Virus record (IMG/VR): IMGVR_UViG_3300021431_000109
Coordinates: 15,017-79,016 of that record
DNA length: 64,000 bases
Source of the DNA: a virus
Taxonomy: Duplodnaviria > Caudoviricetes
Reading direction: 5' to 3' (one strand)
In this document: positions 46,844 through 58,000 of the stretch, piece after piece
Layout of the letters: every line of letters begins with the position of its first letter
Numbering within the stretch: the first letter of the stretch is position 1
Program-made: the position numbers and the translations under genes
The notes under the pieces: model-generated
Database searches by the model: none
What the model was told of the DNA's origin: nothing
Seen by the model: only the letters and a program-made list of their open reading frames with translations

Positions 46844-47227
46844 TTACTCATTAAGAAACGCTTCTAGATTGATAATCTGAGCGGGGGTGATTTCAATATC
46901 GCCAAGGTCTTCGGAATCAATCTTTTCGGCATTGATTTCAACATCGGCATTTAGTAGCTCATCTAGGCTCTGATAGAACTCATTTAGCCTATCCTGGTCA
47001 AGAGTAACGTTACCGTTTTCATCACTCTTCATTTCACCATTTTCATCTTTCTACGCATATTCCTTAATTAGGTCCATACGCTTTTCATTAAATAGAGTAA
47101 ATTCTTTTTCAAGTTCTCTTAGTAGCCTTGCAACACGGAAAGCTGCGCGGCCTTTTAGAGACTTATTAGATAGTTCGCGCATAATATCAGCGCTTTCAAC
47201 AATATTTCTTAGATGTGTATTAATCAT
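46844..47227 (-). CDS. Hypothetical phage protein, 127 aa (DUF1617-like; TAG=Gln)
   Basis: MINTHLRNIV...KEYAQKDENGEM...; one in-frame TAG. Confidence 0.65.
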
Positions 47228-47228
47228 A

Positions 47229-47975
47229 TTAATCTTCTCCCCATTGTACTGTATTTATTTTAATTTTATTTGCAAAGTATTTTCCAATACATATTGCATC
47301 AGCTTCATCTTGTGTACAATTCTAATTGTACCATAGTTTTACTTTATCTTGTGCTAGTTTCTTTTTATTTTCGCGGTGCTGGTCGCCTTCATTTATGCCG
47401 CAGTATTTGCGCCATTCAGAGGCATATACTAAATCATGGTCTATACTTGCTTCAAATAAAGTATCAAGTAAAACGCCTTGTAAATTAGCAAGTACTTGAA
47501 ATGTTTTAACTTGTGCCTATGAAGCACTTGGGCCAAATTTCTATAATTGAATATTCTCAATTCCAACAAAATCTGGTTCCCATGCTTCAAGCGCGGCTTT
47601 AAGCCAATTTTTAACCGCGTTAATTCTTTCTTCCGTTGGTAACGTACTATCGGGGCTATATGTCCCATAAGAAACTAGCTAACGATTATCATATATTGAA
47701 TATCCGGTTGTGCCAGTCGCGGCATCTAACCCTAATACTCGTTCTGTGTCAATCTTTTTGGTTGGCACCTTATTTTTTTTGATTTTATATGGGTCGCCAG
47801 CCATACACTATTCGCATAACATATGTTTACGCCACTGCCCATATGTTTGCTTTTGTAAATGCCCCTCTGGACATTTCATTTCCAATTCTGTATTTAAATT
47901 TTTATATTCAGTGCTAATCAATGTCCAATTGTTTTCGGCCAAATGATTAGCAACTGAATAAACATTGATAGGCAT
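47229..47975 (-). CDS. ruvC: RuvC-like Holliday junction resolvase with N-terminal Zn finger, 248 aa (TAG=Gln; missing from track)
   Basis: VLGLDAATGTTGYS, VGIENI, DEADAICIG motifs; N-terminal CPEGH...CEQC. Confidence 0.85.
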
Positions 47976-48781
47976 TACTTTCCGCTACTACCGAAGCCGC
48001 CTTCATTACGTTCTGTCGCGGGTAAAATATCAACAACCTGGGGCTTAAAATGATAAGCAGGCATGACGATTAATTGTGCGACGCGGTCTCCGGCATTAAT
48101 TGTATAATCAGAATCAGAAATGTTATCATATAGAATACCAAGTTCACCGCGATAGTCGCTATCAATTACGCCAACACTATTGCTCAAACGTAGTGGCGTC
48201 TTCGCGCCAATAGAAGAGCGCGGCACAATATATGCAGTCCAATTTTCTGGTAGAGCAATTCGCACGCCGGTCTTAATTTTATTACTGATAGAATGCGCGG
48301 GAAGAACTACTGTTTCAGCCGCGTATAAATCAGCACCGGTATCGGTATCGTGCGCATAAGTTGGGACATGAGCTTCTTTTTCAAGCGCGATAGGAAGTTC
48401 AAAATCATATGTATGATAGTGTTCAATTACTTCCCTAAACATTTCTGTAATTGGGTCAAAAATTGCATGTAGTAGCGTGCTCTTACTCGCGGAAGGCTGA
48501 AGGGTATCAAATATATCCTATACATCATGCTCTAAACCAGCAAGGAATTCATGCGCGCCAGCCTTATTTAAGCCGCGGGCTTCTAGACTATTAACAATTT
48601 CTTTCTTAGACTTATCAATTAGTTCTTCGGAATACATGCTACGAATTGTATTACGCAAATTTTCCGCGACCTGCGGGGTTAGTAAATTCTCATCAAAATT
48701 CATAATCTGTGTAATTGCTTCCATTAGGGGATTTAGTGTTTCATTTTCTCCTAATACATCAGCTAATTCATTTATATCCAT
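47975..48781 (-). CDS. dut: Trimeric dUTPase with ~110-aa N-terminal extension, 268 aa (TAG=Gln)
   Basis: DTGADL, PRSS, GVIDSDYRGE, GDRVAQL, RNEGGFGSSG; in frame with 48518-48781 across one TAG. Confidence 0.9.
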
Positions 48782-48792
48782 TTTATATTACC

Positions 48793-49002
48793 TCACTCAT
48801 TAAATGTTTTTTCTAGTGAAACTACTGCCCAGCTATCAATAATTTCTCCCTTAGACTTTTTGGTCTTAATAGCATAAGCGGACTTAGTTAGTGTATAATT
48901 GTATTGAAGTTGTTCATCCTTCGCGGCGGTAATCATATCAATCGCCTCTTCTTCTGTATCAACGCGGTAAACATCAGTTGTTTTCAGTAGTTGTCTCGCC
49001 AT
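48793..49002 (-). CDS. Hypothetical protein (69 aa)
   Basis: MARQLLKTTD start after SD-like GGGAG; TGA stop. Confidence 0.65.
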   Translation of the reverse strand: MARQLLKTTDVYRVDTEEEAIDMITAAKDEQLQYNYTLTKSAYAIKTKKSKGEIIDSWAVVSLEKTFNE

Positions 49003-49324
49003 TTTCTTCTCTCTCCCTTTTTTCATTTAATTTTCTTAATTTTTGAATTAAATCAATATAGTTTAATTTTTCTGCGGTATCCGCGATTGTATTTATATCT
49101 TCTCTATTTTTCTTGCCAACTTTTTTAGCAAGAGCGCGACGTTGCGCGCGATTTAATGGGGCAGTATTTGCTTTAATTTTTTTAGTTGTAAACTCTGTAA
49201 TTTTATTTAGAATTTCATCGGTAGTTTCCGCGCCGATAAGACTTGTTGCTTCTTCTTCGCTAATGCCCTAAATATCCGCGAAGCGTTTTATTAGTTCCTA
49301 CGGAGTTAAATCTTTATTCGCCAT
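48974..49324 (-). CDS. Hypothetical protein, 116 aa (TAG=Gln; missing from track)
   Basis: MANKDLTPQELIKRF...PLNRAQRRALAKK; two TAG, TGA stop. Confidence 0.65.
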
Positions 49325-49622
49325 ATATTACCTCTAAAAGTGAAAGTATTGTTTCATATTCTTCTTTATTGTGTAAAGTAATTAAAGTAAATAAGCGGCG
49401 GTCCTTATCCGCAATAAATGGAATTTCTACTTTTGCTATTTGCTTTTCTACAATAGGAAACCAAATTGTATCATACTCTGCTTTATTATTTATTATTTCG
49501 TTTTTTATATCCATTTTTCCAATTAATCCAAATACTAATATGTATTTATCATTATCGGTTTGAGCTAACCCCGCAAAATATTTACTATCGCCATGAAATT
49601 TTATAAACTTTGCTATTCTCAT
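49314..49622 (-). CDS. Hypothetical protein (102 aa)
   Basis: ORF track; fits operon packing. Confidence 0.6.
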   Translation of the reverse strand: MRIAKFIKFHGDSKYFAGLAQTDNDKYILVFGLIGKMDIKNEIINNKAEYDTIWFPIVEKQIAKVEIPFIADKDRRLFTLITLHNKEEYETILSLLEVIYGE

Positions 49623-49624
49623 AC

Positions 49625-50557
49625 TTAACCGCCATCCTTTCTGTTATACCCAAATTCTTGTGTTTTAAAGAAGTTAATATAATACTTTTCTAATTCTCCA
49701 AGCTAATCTTTATCACAATATATTATGTATTCTATTGACCAATTCCATAGTCCTTCTTTAAGTAAGGCATGATGCACAGCCTAATCAGCAATTGATTGTA
49801 TTCCAACGGCACTTTTGAAATGGTCTTGTAAACGCTTCTTAATATTTGTACTTTTTCCTATATATGGTTTACCAGTATTTATATTTGTTATTTTATAAAT
49901 ACCAGGTTTATCTTCAATACCAACACGCTTGAAAGTATCATCTATATAGGGCTTTACATATTCTGCCCACACTAATTTACTAATTATATCTGGATGCTGA
50001 ACTTTTTCCGCGACATCGGTTAATAAGAAATTTATATCATTGTGATATTCTTCCGGAATTTGTATTGTATAAAATAATTTTTCTTGTTGTTCTTTATCAT
50101 ATTGTTGAAGTGGTCCAAGAAGTGCTTTAAATTTTTCTTCTTCCTAATTATAATTATTTTGAAGAATTTCAATTTTGTTATCAATATCTTTTTGAACCTA
50201 CTATAAGTTTGCTTCTAGCTACGCGGCTTCCTACTTATAATAAGTTTCTGTATTGGCAAACTATTCCGCCGCAGTTGCATCTTTCGCAAACCACTTATCT
50301 TCAAAGTCTTTTTGCCGCTATTTTTCTTGCTCTGCAAGAAGATTATCCAAATTCTTAATCTTATTATTAACTAAATCATGATAGGAATTCTACTTTATCT
50401 GGATTTCATTTTCTAATGAATCTAACTCTTCTTCAAGATTATTAACTTCCTATTCAAGCTGATTTTTGCGGCTTTCATTTAAAACTGTTTTCTATGTAAA
50501 TTTTACTGCCAAGACAATAATACAGATTATTAATACTACAATAATTCCGACTTCCAT
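49625..50557 (-). CDS. Membrane-anchored coiled-coil protein with C-terminal GIY-YIG nuclease domain, 310 aa (TAG=Gln)
   Basis: N-terminal TM (GIIVVLIICIIVLAV), coiled coil with many TAG including tandem TAG TAG, PGIYKITN...PYIGKSTNIKKRL...H...E...GYN. Confidence 0.8.
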
Positions 50558-50585
50558 ATCACACCTCTCATAATTTCTTTATTAT

Positions 50586-50614
50586 ATTATAACAGAAAAT
50601 GGATAAAAAGTCAA
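50586..50614 (-). promoter_or_regulatory. Sigma70-type promoter for GIY-YIG/dUTPase/RuvC operon
   Basis: TTGACT-N17-TATAAT. Confidence 0.7.
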
Positions 50615-50647
50615 ATAAAAAGGTGCGGGAGAAATTTTCTCCCGCGA

Positions 50648-50845
50648 TTACATTTCATCTTTTATATATAAGCCGCAATGACATGCTTCGCCGATTTGTG
50701 TTTTTTCTCTAAAATCTTGACATGGACATTTATATTCTGGCTTATTTAAACTATTATAAATACAAGGACAATAACTTTGATTGTTTTTTAATCCTTCTAT
50801 AATAATATTTACAAGTTCTTTATCTGGATTCAAATGCTTTTTCAT
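50648..50845 (-). CDS. Ferredoxin-thioredoxin reductase catalytic-subunit-like protein
   Basis: CPC...CPC...CHCGLY motif. Confidence 0.8.
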   Translation of the reverse strand: MKKHLNPDKELVNIIIEGLKNNQSYCPCIYNSLNKPEYKCPCQDFREKTQIGEACHCGLYIKDEM

Positions 50846-51324
50846 GATACTTTCTCCGCGTATTGATTATTACTTGCTAGATTGACTCCTAATACTTCAT
50901 CATAATGTGGTTCATCACCAAGAACGAAACGGCCCCACTTTACTATAATATTAGTAAATATATGTCTTAAAGTATACTCTATTAAGAACGCTTCGCCGCG
51001 ACCATATCCTGTATAAATAATTATTGGGTCATTGCACTTTTTTTCATCTCTAATAAAATGTATAATTTCATTTAATTCGTTTGGGCTATCAAATGGTTCC
51101 AAACCTTGAAAACAAAAACCTTTGGTTAAAGGATTTTGTTGATATAGTTCCCAAATTTCTTCATAAGGAATATCTATATCTGGTTCGGCCGCCAAGCTGC
51201 TATTTTGGCAAACTTGACAACCATTTAATTTATCACATTTAAAATTACATTTAGGAAATTCTAGCGTTAATACTGGTTCTTTATAATTAGTAAAATCGCA
51301 ATCAATAATTCCTTTAAGTTTCAT
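50842..51324 (-). CDS. nrdG: Anaerobic RNR activating enzyme (radical SAM)
   Basis: CNFKC...CQVCQN, GLEPFD, IYTGY, KWGRF...LASNNQ. Confidence 0.85.
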   Translation of the reverse strand: MKLKGIIDCDFTNYKEPVLTLEFPKCNFKCDKLNGCQVCQNSSLAAEPDIDIPYEEIWELYQQNPLTKGFCFQGLEPFDSPNELNEIIHFIRDEKKCNDPIIIYTGYGRGEAFLIEYTLRHIFTNIIVKWGRFVLGDEPHYDEVLGVNLASNNQYAEKVS

Positions 51325-51326
51325 AT

Positions 51327-51587
51327 TTAATATATCTTTGCTCCTGTAGGACTAAAATCAGATATTTCTTTAAAATTTAATTTATTATTGACCATATTAT
51401 ACTCTAATTTTTCTTTTTCTTTTCTTACTTCTATTAAAGGACACCATTCTGGTCGTGCTTCCTTATAATTATCACACTCCCACGCTAAACTACATAGACA
51501 GCCATGGCAATAATGGAATTCTTCATCTCGTAAAGGACAGTCCTTGCAACTTCGTGGCATTTTAATATCTAAATTAATTTGTATCAT
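51327..51587 (-). CDS. Small Cys-rich hypothetical protein
   Basis: MPRSCKDCPL...RPEWCPL pattern common in phage small proteins. Confidence 0.6.
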   Translation of the reverse strand: MIQINLDIKMPRSCKDCPLRDEEFHYCHGCLCSLAWECDNYKEARPEWCPLIEVRKEKEKLEYNMVNNKLNFKEISDFSPTGAKIY

Positions 51588-53508
51588 TTATATGCTCCCA
51601 TTGCCGCATTTTAAATTCTTGTTTTCTTTCTTTGCTCCAAGTTTTAATAGGCGTATAAAAACCTACGATACGTGTATATTCAGTCGCAACATCGCCGCCG
51701 CAAATGGGACATTTCTTGCCATAAAAAGCATGGTTTTTTTCACAAGCTTGAATTTTTGTATTAAAGGCAAAATAAGTTAAACCCTGGTCGGCAATATAAT
51801 TAACCGCGTCCCATGCCTTTTCAAAACTGTCAAATGGGGCATCAATATTTAAGTGAGCGATAGAACCACCATTACAATATGAGTCAAACAAAGAAGCAAT
51901 GCGAATGCGTTCAATCATAGTAGTTTTAATACCAAGTGGAATGAATTGATTTCCATATAGTGGTAAATCTTTTACAACCGTGTCTGGATAAAAGAATTCA
52001 TCTGCTAGTTGCATTTTTGCCGCGGCGGATTCACCTGGAATTTGCTCCACATTAATCTTATAATCTTTATCAATAGCAAAGTTATCTTTTGTAGCGTGCA
52101 GCATCTCAAAAATGCGCTTGCCGAAAGCATCAGCTTTTTCTGTATAATATACGTTGCCAAGTTCGTCTTCACGCGTGTAGCCGAATGTTTTCATTGTTTC
52201 ATAAATACCAATAATACCCACTGTATTATATAGATGTTCAAAATCTACAATACCCTTGGAGAAATTTGGTAGCAATCCTTTTTCTACATTGCGTTTAATA
52301 ATATGGCGCACACAATCCAGTACCTTACAATCAAGTTCAACTAAATCATGTAAAGCCGCGAGATATAAATCCTCATCTCCTGGATATTCAAGTGCGAGTC
52401 TGGCTAAATTTACAGTTGATACTTTAACAGAACCAACTTTTAATGCTGTGCCACCAATACTATTAAAATAACCTAAATCTTCAATATTACTCTTTAAGCG
52501 GCAACAATTACTCAATGAATTAACACTATCATCAATAAATAAGTTTGAATCGCTCCATTTCCGATTATGTTCAATGCCCCAGCGCGCGAATTCTTCATCT
52601 TTAAACTTTCCATCTTTACGAAGTAAGCTAATTGTTAATACTGGGAAAGTAAACATATTATGCTGACGAATTTCTGCGATTGTTTCCATAAATATCTTTT
52701 GAAAATCTTGAATTTCTTTAAGGCTATCAATCATGAAAGACCCATCAGGAAACTGTGCTCCTCCGAATAATGCTTCAAGATAAGCCATATCGAAAACAGA
52801 ACAATTTGTAAAGGCTGATTGCATTCCGTCTCGCACATATGGTTGATTAACGGCATATACAAATCGCTGGATTTGCTGCCTAGCATAGTATTCAGGAGAT
52901 TTGGTCGCATATCCTGTATCACAATCTTTTTTCCAGAAATAATACATATAAGGAATAATATTTGGAAGCCCTACCGCGCCGGAGCTGCGATTCGCCGCGA
53001 AACTAATAAATTCTTTTACAAAATCAACAAATGTGCTTAAATGCCGTGGAGGCTCTGCATTAAAATTGTTTAAAAAGAATAGTCCTTTTTCTGCAACATC
53101 TTTTAAATCATAAGCAAAGCAATAATGTACATAAGTGCTTGTATCAGCATCATGCATGTATAACGCTTTCGTCCATTCTTTTTCTAGCCAATCATTTGCA
53201 TCCTTAAAGCCATAACGCTTATTCATTTCATAATAAATTTTATTAAAAGCTAATAGCTTCCGATGCGGCTTAGGCATCTCATTCATCAAAGTACGCATAT
53301 CTTTATTGCCGACATTTGAATTGCCATCAACAGAAGCATCCGCAACAGTATCTTTATCTATAAAATTATCTATAAAATCAGTATAAGATAATTGTTTATC
53401 TCCGAAGCCATTTAGATAGGCCATTTCTTCGCCGTATTTTTCACTTAATCTATTATATGAAGTCTGGAAATTTTTACTTAATCTAACTTTAATATCCATT
53501 AAAATCAC
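51574..53508 (-). CDS. nrdD: Class III (anaerobic) ribonucleotide reductase
   Basis: SNCCRL finger loop, EQIPGES, Zn site CEKNH..CPICG, glycyl radical TRIVGFY. Confidence 0.95.
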   Translation of the reverse strand: MILMDIKVRLSKNFQTSYNRLSEKYGEEMAYLNGFGDKQLSYTDFIDNFIDKDTVADASVDGNSNVGNKDMRTLMNEMPKPHRKLLAFNKIYYEMNKRYGFKDANDWLEKEWTKALYMHDADTSTYVHYCFAYDLKDVAEKGLFFLNNFNAEPPRHLSTFVDFVKEFISFAANRSSGAVGLPNIIPYMYYFWKKDCDTGYATKSPEYYARQQIQRFVYAVNQPYVRDGMQSAFTNCSVFDMAYLEALFGGAQFPDGSFMIDSLKEIQDFQKIFMETIAEIRQHNMFTFPVLTISLLRKDGKFKDEEFARWGIEHNRKWSDSNLFIDDSVNSLSNCCRLKSNIEDLGYFNSIGGTALKVGSVKVSTVNLARLALEYPGDEDLYLAALHDLVELDCKVLDCVRHIIKRNVEKGLLPNFSKGIVDFEHLYNTVGIIGIYETMKTFGYTREDELGNVYYTEKADAFGKRIFEMLHATKDNFAIDKDYKINVEQIPGESAAAKMQLADEFFYPDTVVKDLPLYGNQFIPLGIKTTMIERIRIASLFDSYCNGGSIAHLNIDAPFDSFEKAWDAVNYIADQGLTYFAFNTKIQACEKNHAFYGKKCPICGGDVATEYTRIVGFYTPIKTWSKERKQEFKMRQWEHINDTN

Positions 53509-53717
53509 TCCTCATAATTATTAATCCATTGCACTATTTCAGTTGGACTATTATAAATATTATTTTCAACTTCAAGCGCTGGGGCGTGATCAGAATGGAT
53601 AACGTCAGCAATTTCTTGGAAGTCATGTTCTTCAAATAAAATATTTTTATTCTGCAATTTAGTTTTTACCATATGGCATATTCCGCAGTTCGGTAATGTA
53701 TATAGTTTTACTATCAT
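53505..53717 (-). CDS. nrdH: Glutaredoxin-like protein (NrdH-type)
   Basis: YTLPNCGICHMVK CxxC, HAPAL motif. Confidence 0.75.
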   Translation of the reverse strand: MIVKLYTLPNCGICHMVKTKLQNKNILFEEHDFQEIADVIHSDHAPALEVENNIYNSPTEIVQWINNYEE

Positions 53718-53933
53718 TTATTCTGGCCTCCCAGCATGTTTTTTTCCACAATATGGGCAAGTATCATCAACCCATACAAAATTATATTTAGCATCAAAAT
53801 GCGGACACCTGCTCTAATTAATGCGCATTTTTGCTTGAATTTCCTTTACTGTGCTTTTCTTTTCCATAGTTGCAAGCGCGATTTTTAATTCTTTATCCAA
53901 TCGCTCTTTTTCTGCAATAATTTCTTCTATCAT
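53718..53933 (-). CDS. Small Zn-ribbon protein, 71 aa (TAG=Gln)
   Basis: CPH...CPYCG; one TAG. Confidence 0.6.
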
Positions 53934-55009
53934 ATTCTCCAAACCCCCTTAGCAGATAGTGTTGTAAAATTATGATTAAATAAATCTTTTGCTGCGGGGT
54001 ATTTTTCTTGTAATAAATTGCGTGCTTCTCGCGCCGGTCCGATTTTGCCGCTTTGCTAAACAAGAGTTCGCTCAGCCAAAGACTTATTTTTTTTTGAAGG
54101 CCCCTTGCTCCATCCTTCTACTAATTTAGAAAGATGAAATAGCGGGTCAACGTAGCCAAGAGATGGCTATTCATATTTAATTTTCAATGGGATTTTACAA
54201 GCCCAAAAAGAAAACAATATATTCATTTTATATATAAAATCTTCTAAATAAAACTTTGAATATCTAAAATCGCCGCCAAGCGTAATAGACACATTAGAAG
54301 ACTCTGTAATATCAGCCAAAAATTTATTTTTATAATTTTTTAACATATAATGTACTTCATCAAGCGGAATATCTAAGTCAAGAATTATTTCATTCGCGCG
54401 ACCCATTTTTTCAATTCCACGTAAAGTAAAATACTATGTTAAAGTCTTACATCGCGCTGGATGGATAGTTAAGATTTTCGCGGGATTACGCTCTGCGACT
54501 TTATTAAGAACTTCTTCCCATCCAGGATGAAATATATCCTTATCATATATAAAAATACGTTTCTTTGTTTTTACTGGTGGAATTGGCAATACCTTGTCGC
54601 CCGCGAACATTCTATAATAACTATCATCCAATATATGAGTAATTACATGTGATTTAATTCCTTCTTGATATTTCTTTTTAAGTATCTCTTTATATATTGC
54701 TGGCCGCGGAATTGTGTAATCAATAATCTATTCTTCAAACGGAATATAATTTTTAGTAAAATTCGTGCCGCCAAAGATTATATTTGTTGTTTTTTTAAAT
54801 GCGTCAGGAACTTGAATTGGCTGTTCGCTTTCACTAAAAAAATATATCTTATCATAATTACTTAATTCAGTTTCATCTAAATCTATAAGGCGGCAGAAAA
54901 TATTTCTTTCCGCCTTATAGTATGTTGCTAATTTCATTATTTCTATGTTAGGAATTAATTTTGTTATAGCAGAAGCAGAATAGAAATCATAATCAACAAG
55001 TCCAATCAT
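53930..55009 (-). CDS. 359-aa protein resembling the N-terminus of phage radical-SAM-associated proteins (TAG=Gln)
   Basis: MIGLVDYD...PNIEIMKLATYYK...GGT; three track fragments join in frame across TAG; no CxxxCxxC seen. Confidence 0.6.
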
Positions 55010-58000
55010 TATTCATCCACCTCCGCACGTTCAAACTGGAATGTTAAATTTTCGCCATCTATTGATGTAATTTTCGCAATAACTGGAAATACAGAGTTCT
55101 TCCGCTTTTTAGGAATAAAGTTATTTTCTCTTCTAATTCCCTGTACCATTAACTTGGTGCCGCGGCTAAACCAGCTCTTCTCAATAACGTGTTTTTTGCC
55201 ATCTTCACCACGTTGCGATAACTGTTTATCATATATCGCAAACTGATTCTTATATACTTTAACAGTTACAACACCGGTTGGAGTTAATAACGTTACCGTA
55301 TTATGTAATTTATCTTTATCAATTACTGTACCAATAATCTTATGTAAAGTATATACTTTAACTTCTTGTCCATTTGTTCCACGAAAACTATATTCAATTT
55401 CTGGTTCTTCTGGTAAAGTAAAGAAATCATCATATTGTGGTGCCGCGGTGGCAAGTTCATGCTCATGATAATAAAAACTAATACTATCCATTTCCCACTT
55501 GCTTATATTACCGCTACTATATTTTTCCGCGGCTTCATTATAAATCGTGTCATTTAATTTTTGTAGCATTTCTTGTTTGTGCGCTTTTATATATTCTCTC
55601 ATTGGGTCCATTGCTTTTTTATAAATATTATCCCAAACTTTTTGAGAAATCTGCACGCCATTTTCAATTAAATCCGCATCAAAATTCTTTGTAATATAAT
55701 TGATTGCTGCATCATTTAATCTATAATGAATACCATCTTTATTATCTTTTAAGAACTTATTAAACAAGAATAACTTCTTATAAAATATCATATCTTCTGG
55801 AATTAAATCTTTTGTAATTAATGCTTGCATATTTCTTAAATTCAAATCTACCTTTTTATCAATAGTTGATTCAAGAAACTTTCGCATTATTTCTTCTCGC
55901 GGCATTTTTTCAATTTCATCAAATGCCCCAGATTTAATCAAATTTACAATCTGTATAATATTTAATTTATTCTTTCCTAAAAAGTCCCTTAAAGATAAGT
56001 ATGGGCGCTGCTCCATAATTTCAGTAATTTTTTCTCCGGATATACGCGCGATACCGCGTAATCCATATAGAATTGTATTCGTTTCTGCGATTGGAGTAAA
56101 TGTATAAGAAGATTTATTAATATCTGGCGGTGAAACTTGAATCCCGTATCCACCTAATTTACCGATTATAGACGCGATACGCCCATAATCTATATTCTTT
56201 TGCTTTTTCTTTTTCTTATCTTCTTCATTCGCTGTAATGTCTTTATTTGCCTCTTCCCACTCTTCTAATTCTTCATCATCATCTTCCGCCGCGGTATCAA
56301 CCGCATCATCATCTGGCGCGAGCTCTACCTCAATCATCGCTTCATCATCATCATCTTCAAAATCAACGGTTTGTACGCCGCCACTATCTACAATAAGATT
56401 GGCTGTATTCCAATATACGATTGGATACTTATATGCTAAATTCATTTCTTGAAGTGCAATTATTGAATAGGCAAGCGTGTGACTCGCATTGAAGCCATAG
56501 CCGCGGCTTAAAGCAATCTGAACATCCCATACATAATGGCAAAAGCGCTCATCGCATCCTTTTTCTTTAATACCTTTAAAAAACTTTTCAGTTAATTCTT
56601 CATATTCTTTTGGGTTCTTTTTCGCAATACTTTTTCTTAACTTATCCGCGAATTGTAAGTCCCAGCCGCCACATTCTGGCAACTGAACCAGTTTCATAAA
56701 TTGTTCCTGTGTAATAGACAGCCCGTTAGAAATATCAAGTTCTTTATGCATTAATTTCATTTGCTCTTCTGTCAATCCATATTCACGCATTTCTTTATCC
56801 CACATCCAAGGATGCTCACGGAATCGCGCATATTTATCAAGTGGTGATTCCGCCCCTTTCTCCGCGGCCATTAGACGAATAACGGAGTTTAAGGTTGCAA
56901 GGTCATCTACATTACGTGGATTTGTTAAACCAATACCGCGAATACCGCTATCTTTCTCCATCTGGAATAATGAAATAATTTTGTGGTCATGCACCATATC
57001 CCACATTTTAGGATCTTCACGTTCAAGTTGATATACATTTAACGCATGTTCATATGTTTCTCTTAAAGTTGGATATTCTTTAATATAACCATCTTTAACT
57101 AACATTTCCAAGCAAACTTGAATTTTATCCGCGGCTTCAACTGAAAGTAAGTCCATTTTAATTTCTGAAACGTCTTCCAAGTCATGAAGCTCAAATTGAG
57201 TTACGATTGTTCCATCGGGCGCACGCATCAAAGCAGAAGATTCTGTAAAATCTTTGTCTTTAAATACAACGCCGCCTGCGTGAATACCCATTCCGCAAAT
57301 CAATCCTTCAATACGATTCGCAACTTCCCACAATTTCGGATATTTATTTACTTCATTAATAAACATCTGATTCGGTGGGAGACCATTTTCTTCATCGCCA
57401 TAATACATTTGTTTTAATGTATATAGCTGTCCACGCTCTGCACCAATTAATGAAGAAACATACTGCGCATTATCTACATCAATACCAAGACCGCGGCATG
57501 CGGTTAATATTGCGGATTTTGATTTCTCTAACTTAAAAGTTGCAACATTTGATACTCGATTTTCTCCATAGAAATCTCTTAAATGTTCCAACACTTGTGC
57601 GCGCTTAATACCAGAAATATCAACGTCAATATCAAGGACACTAACACGCGCGGGATTCAAGAATCTCCATGGGAACGTGGGTGTTTTTTCGCGCAGACAA
57701 TTAATTTGAATAATATCTAATGCATATAGAAGTAAGAAACCACCGCCAGAACCACGCGCTGGCATAACTAATGTTCCTGCGTTCCAACATTCGTCTATAA
57801 TTTTTTGAAGATTTAAGAAATACGCAGACCATTGCGCTTTATTTACTTCACTTGAAATCCAAGTCATTTCTAGACACTCATTAAGAGCATCGTATGCTGC
57901 TTGATTTTGTAGGTCTGGATGGGATTTAATACCAGCTATAACCGCATCTACTAATACTCTATCAGCTTTATGTGGAGATTCTGCGAATTTTTGTAATTCT

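Noticed and set aside
49625-49972. GIY-YIG as an intron- or intein-encoded homing endonuclease
   Set aside because: It is fused to a TM plus coiled coil and does not interrupt a conserved gene; dnaE and nrdD show no intein or intron.
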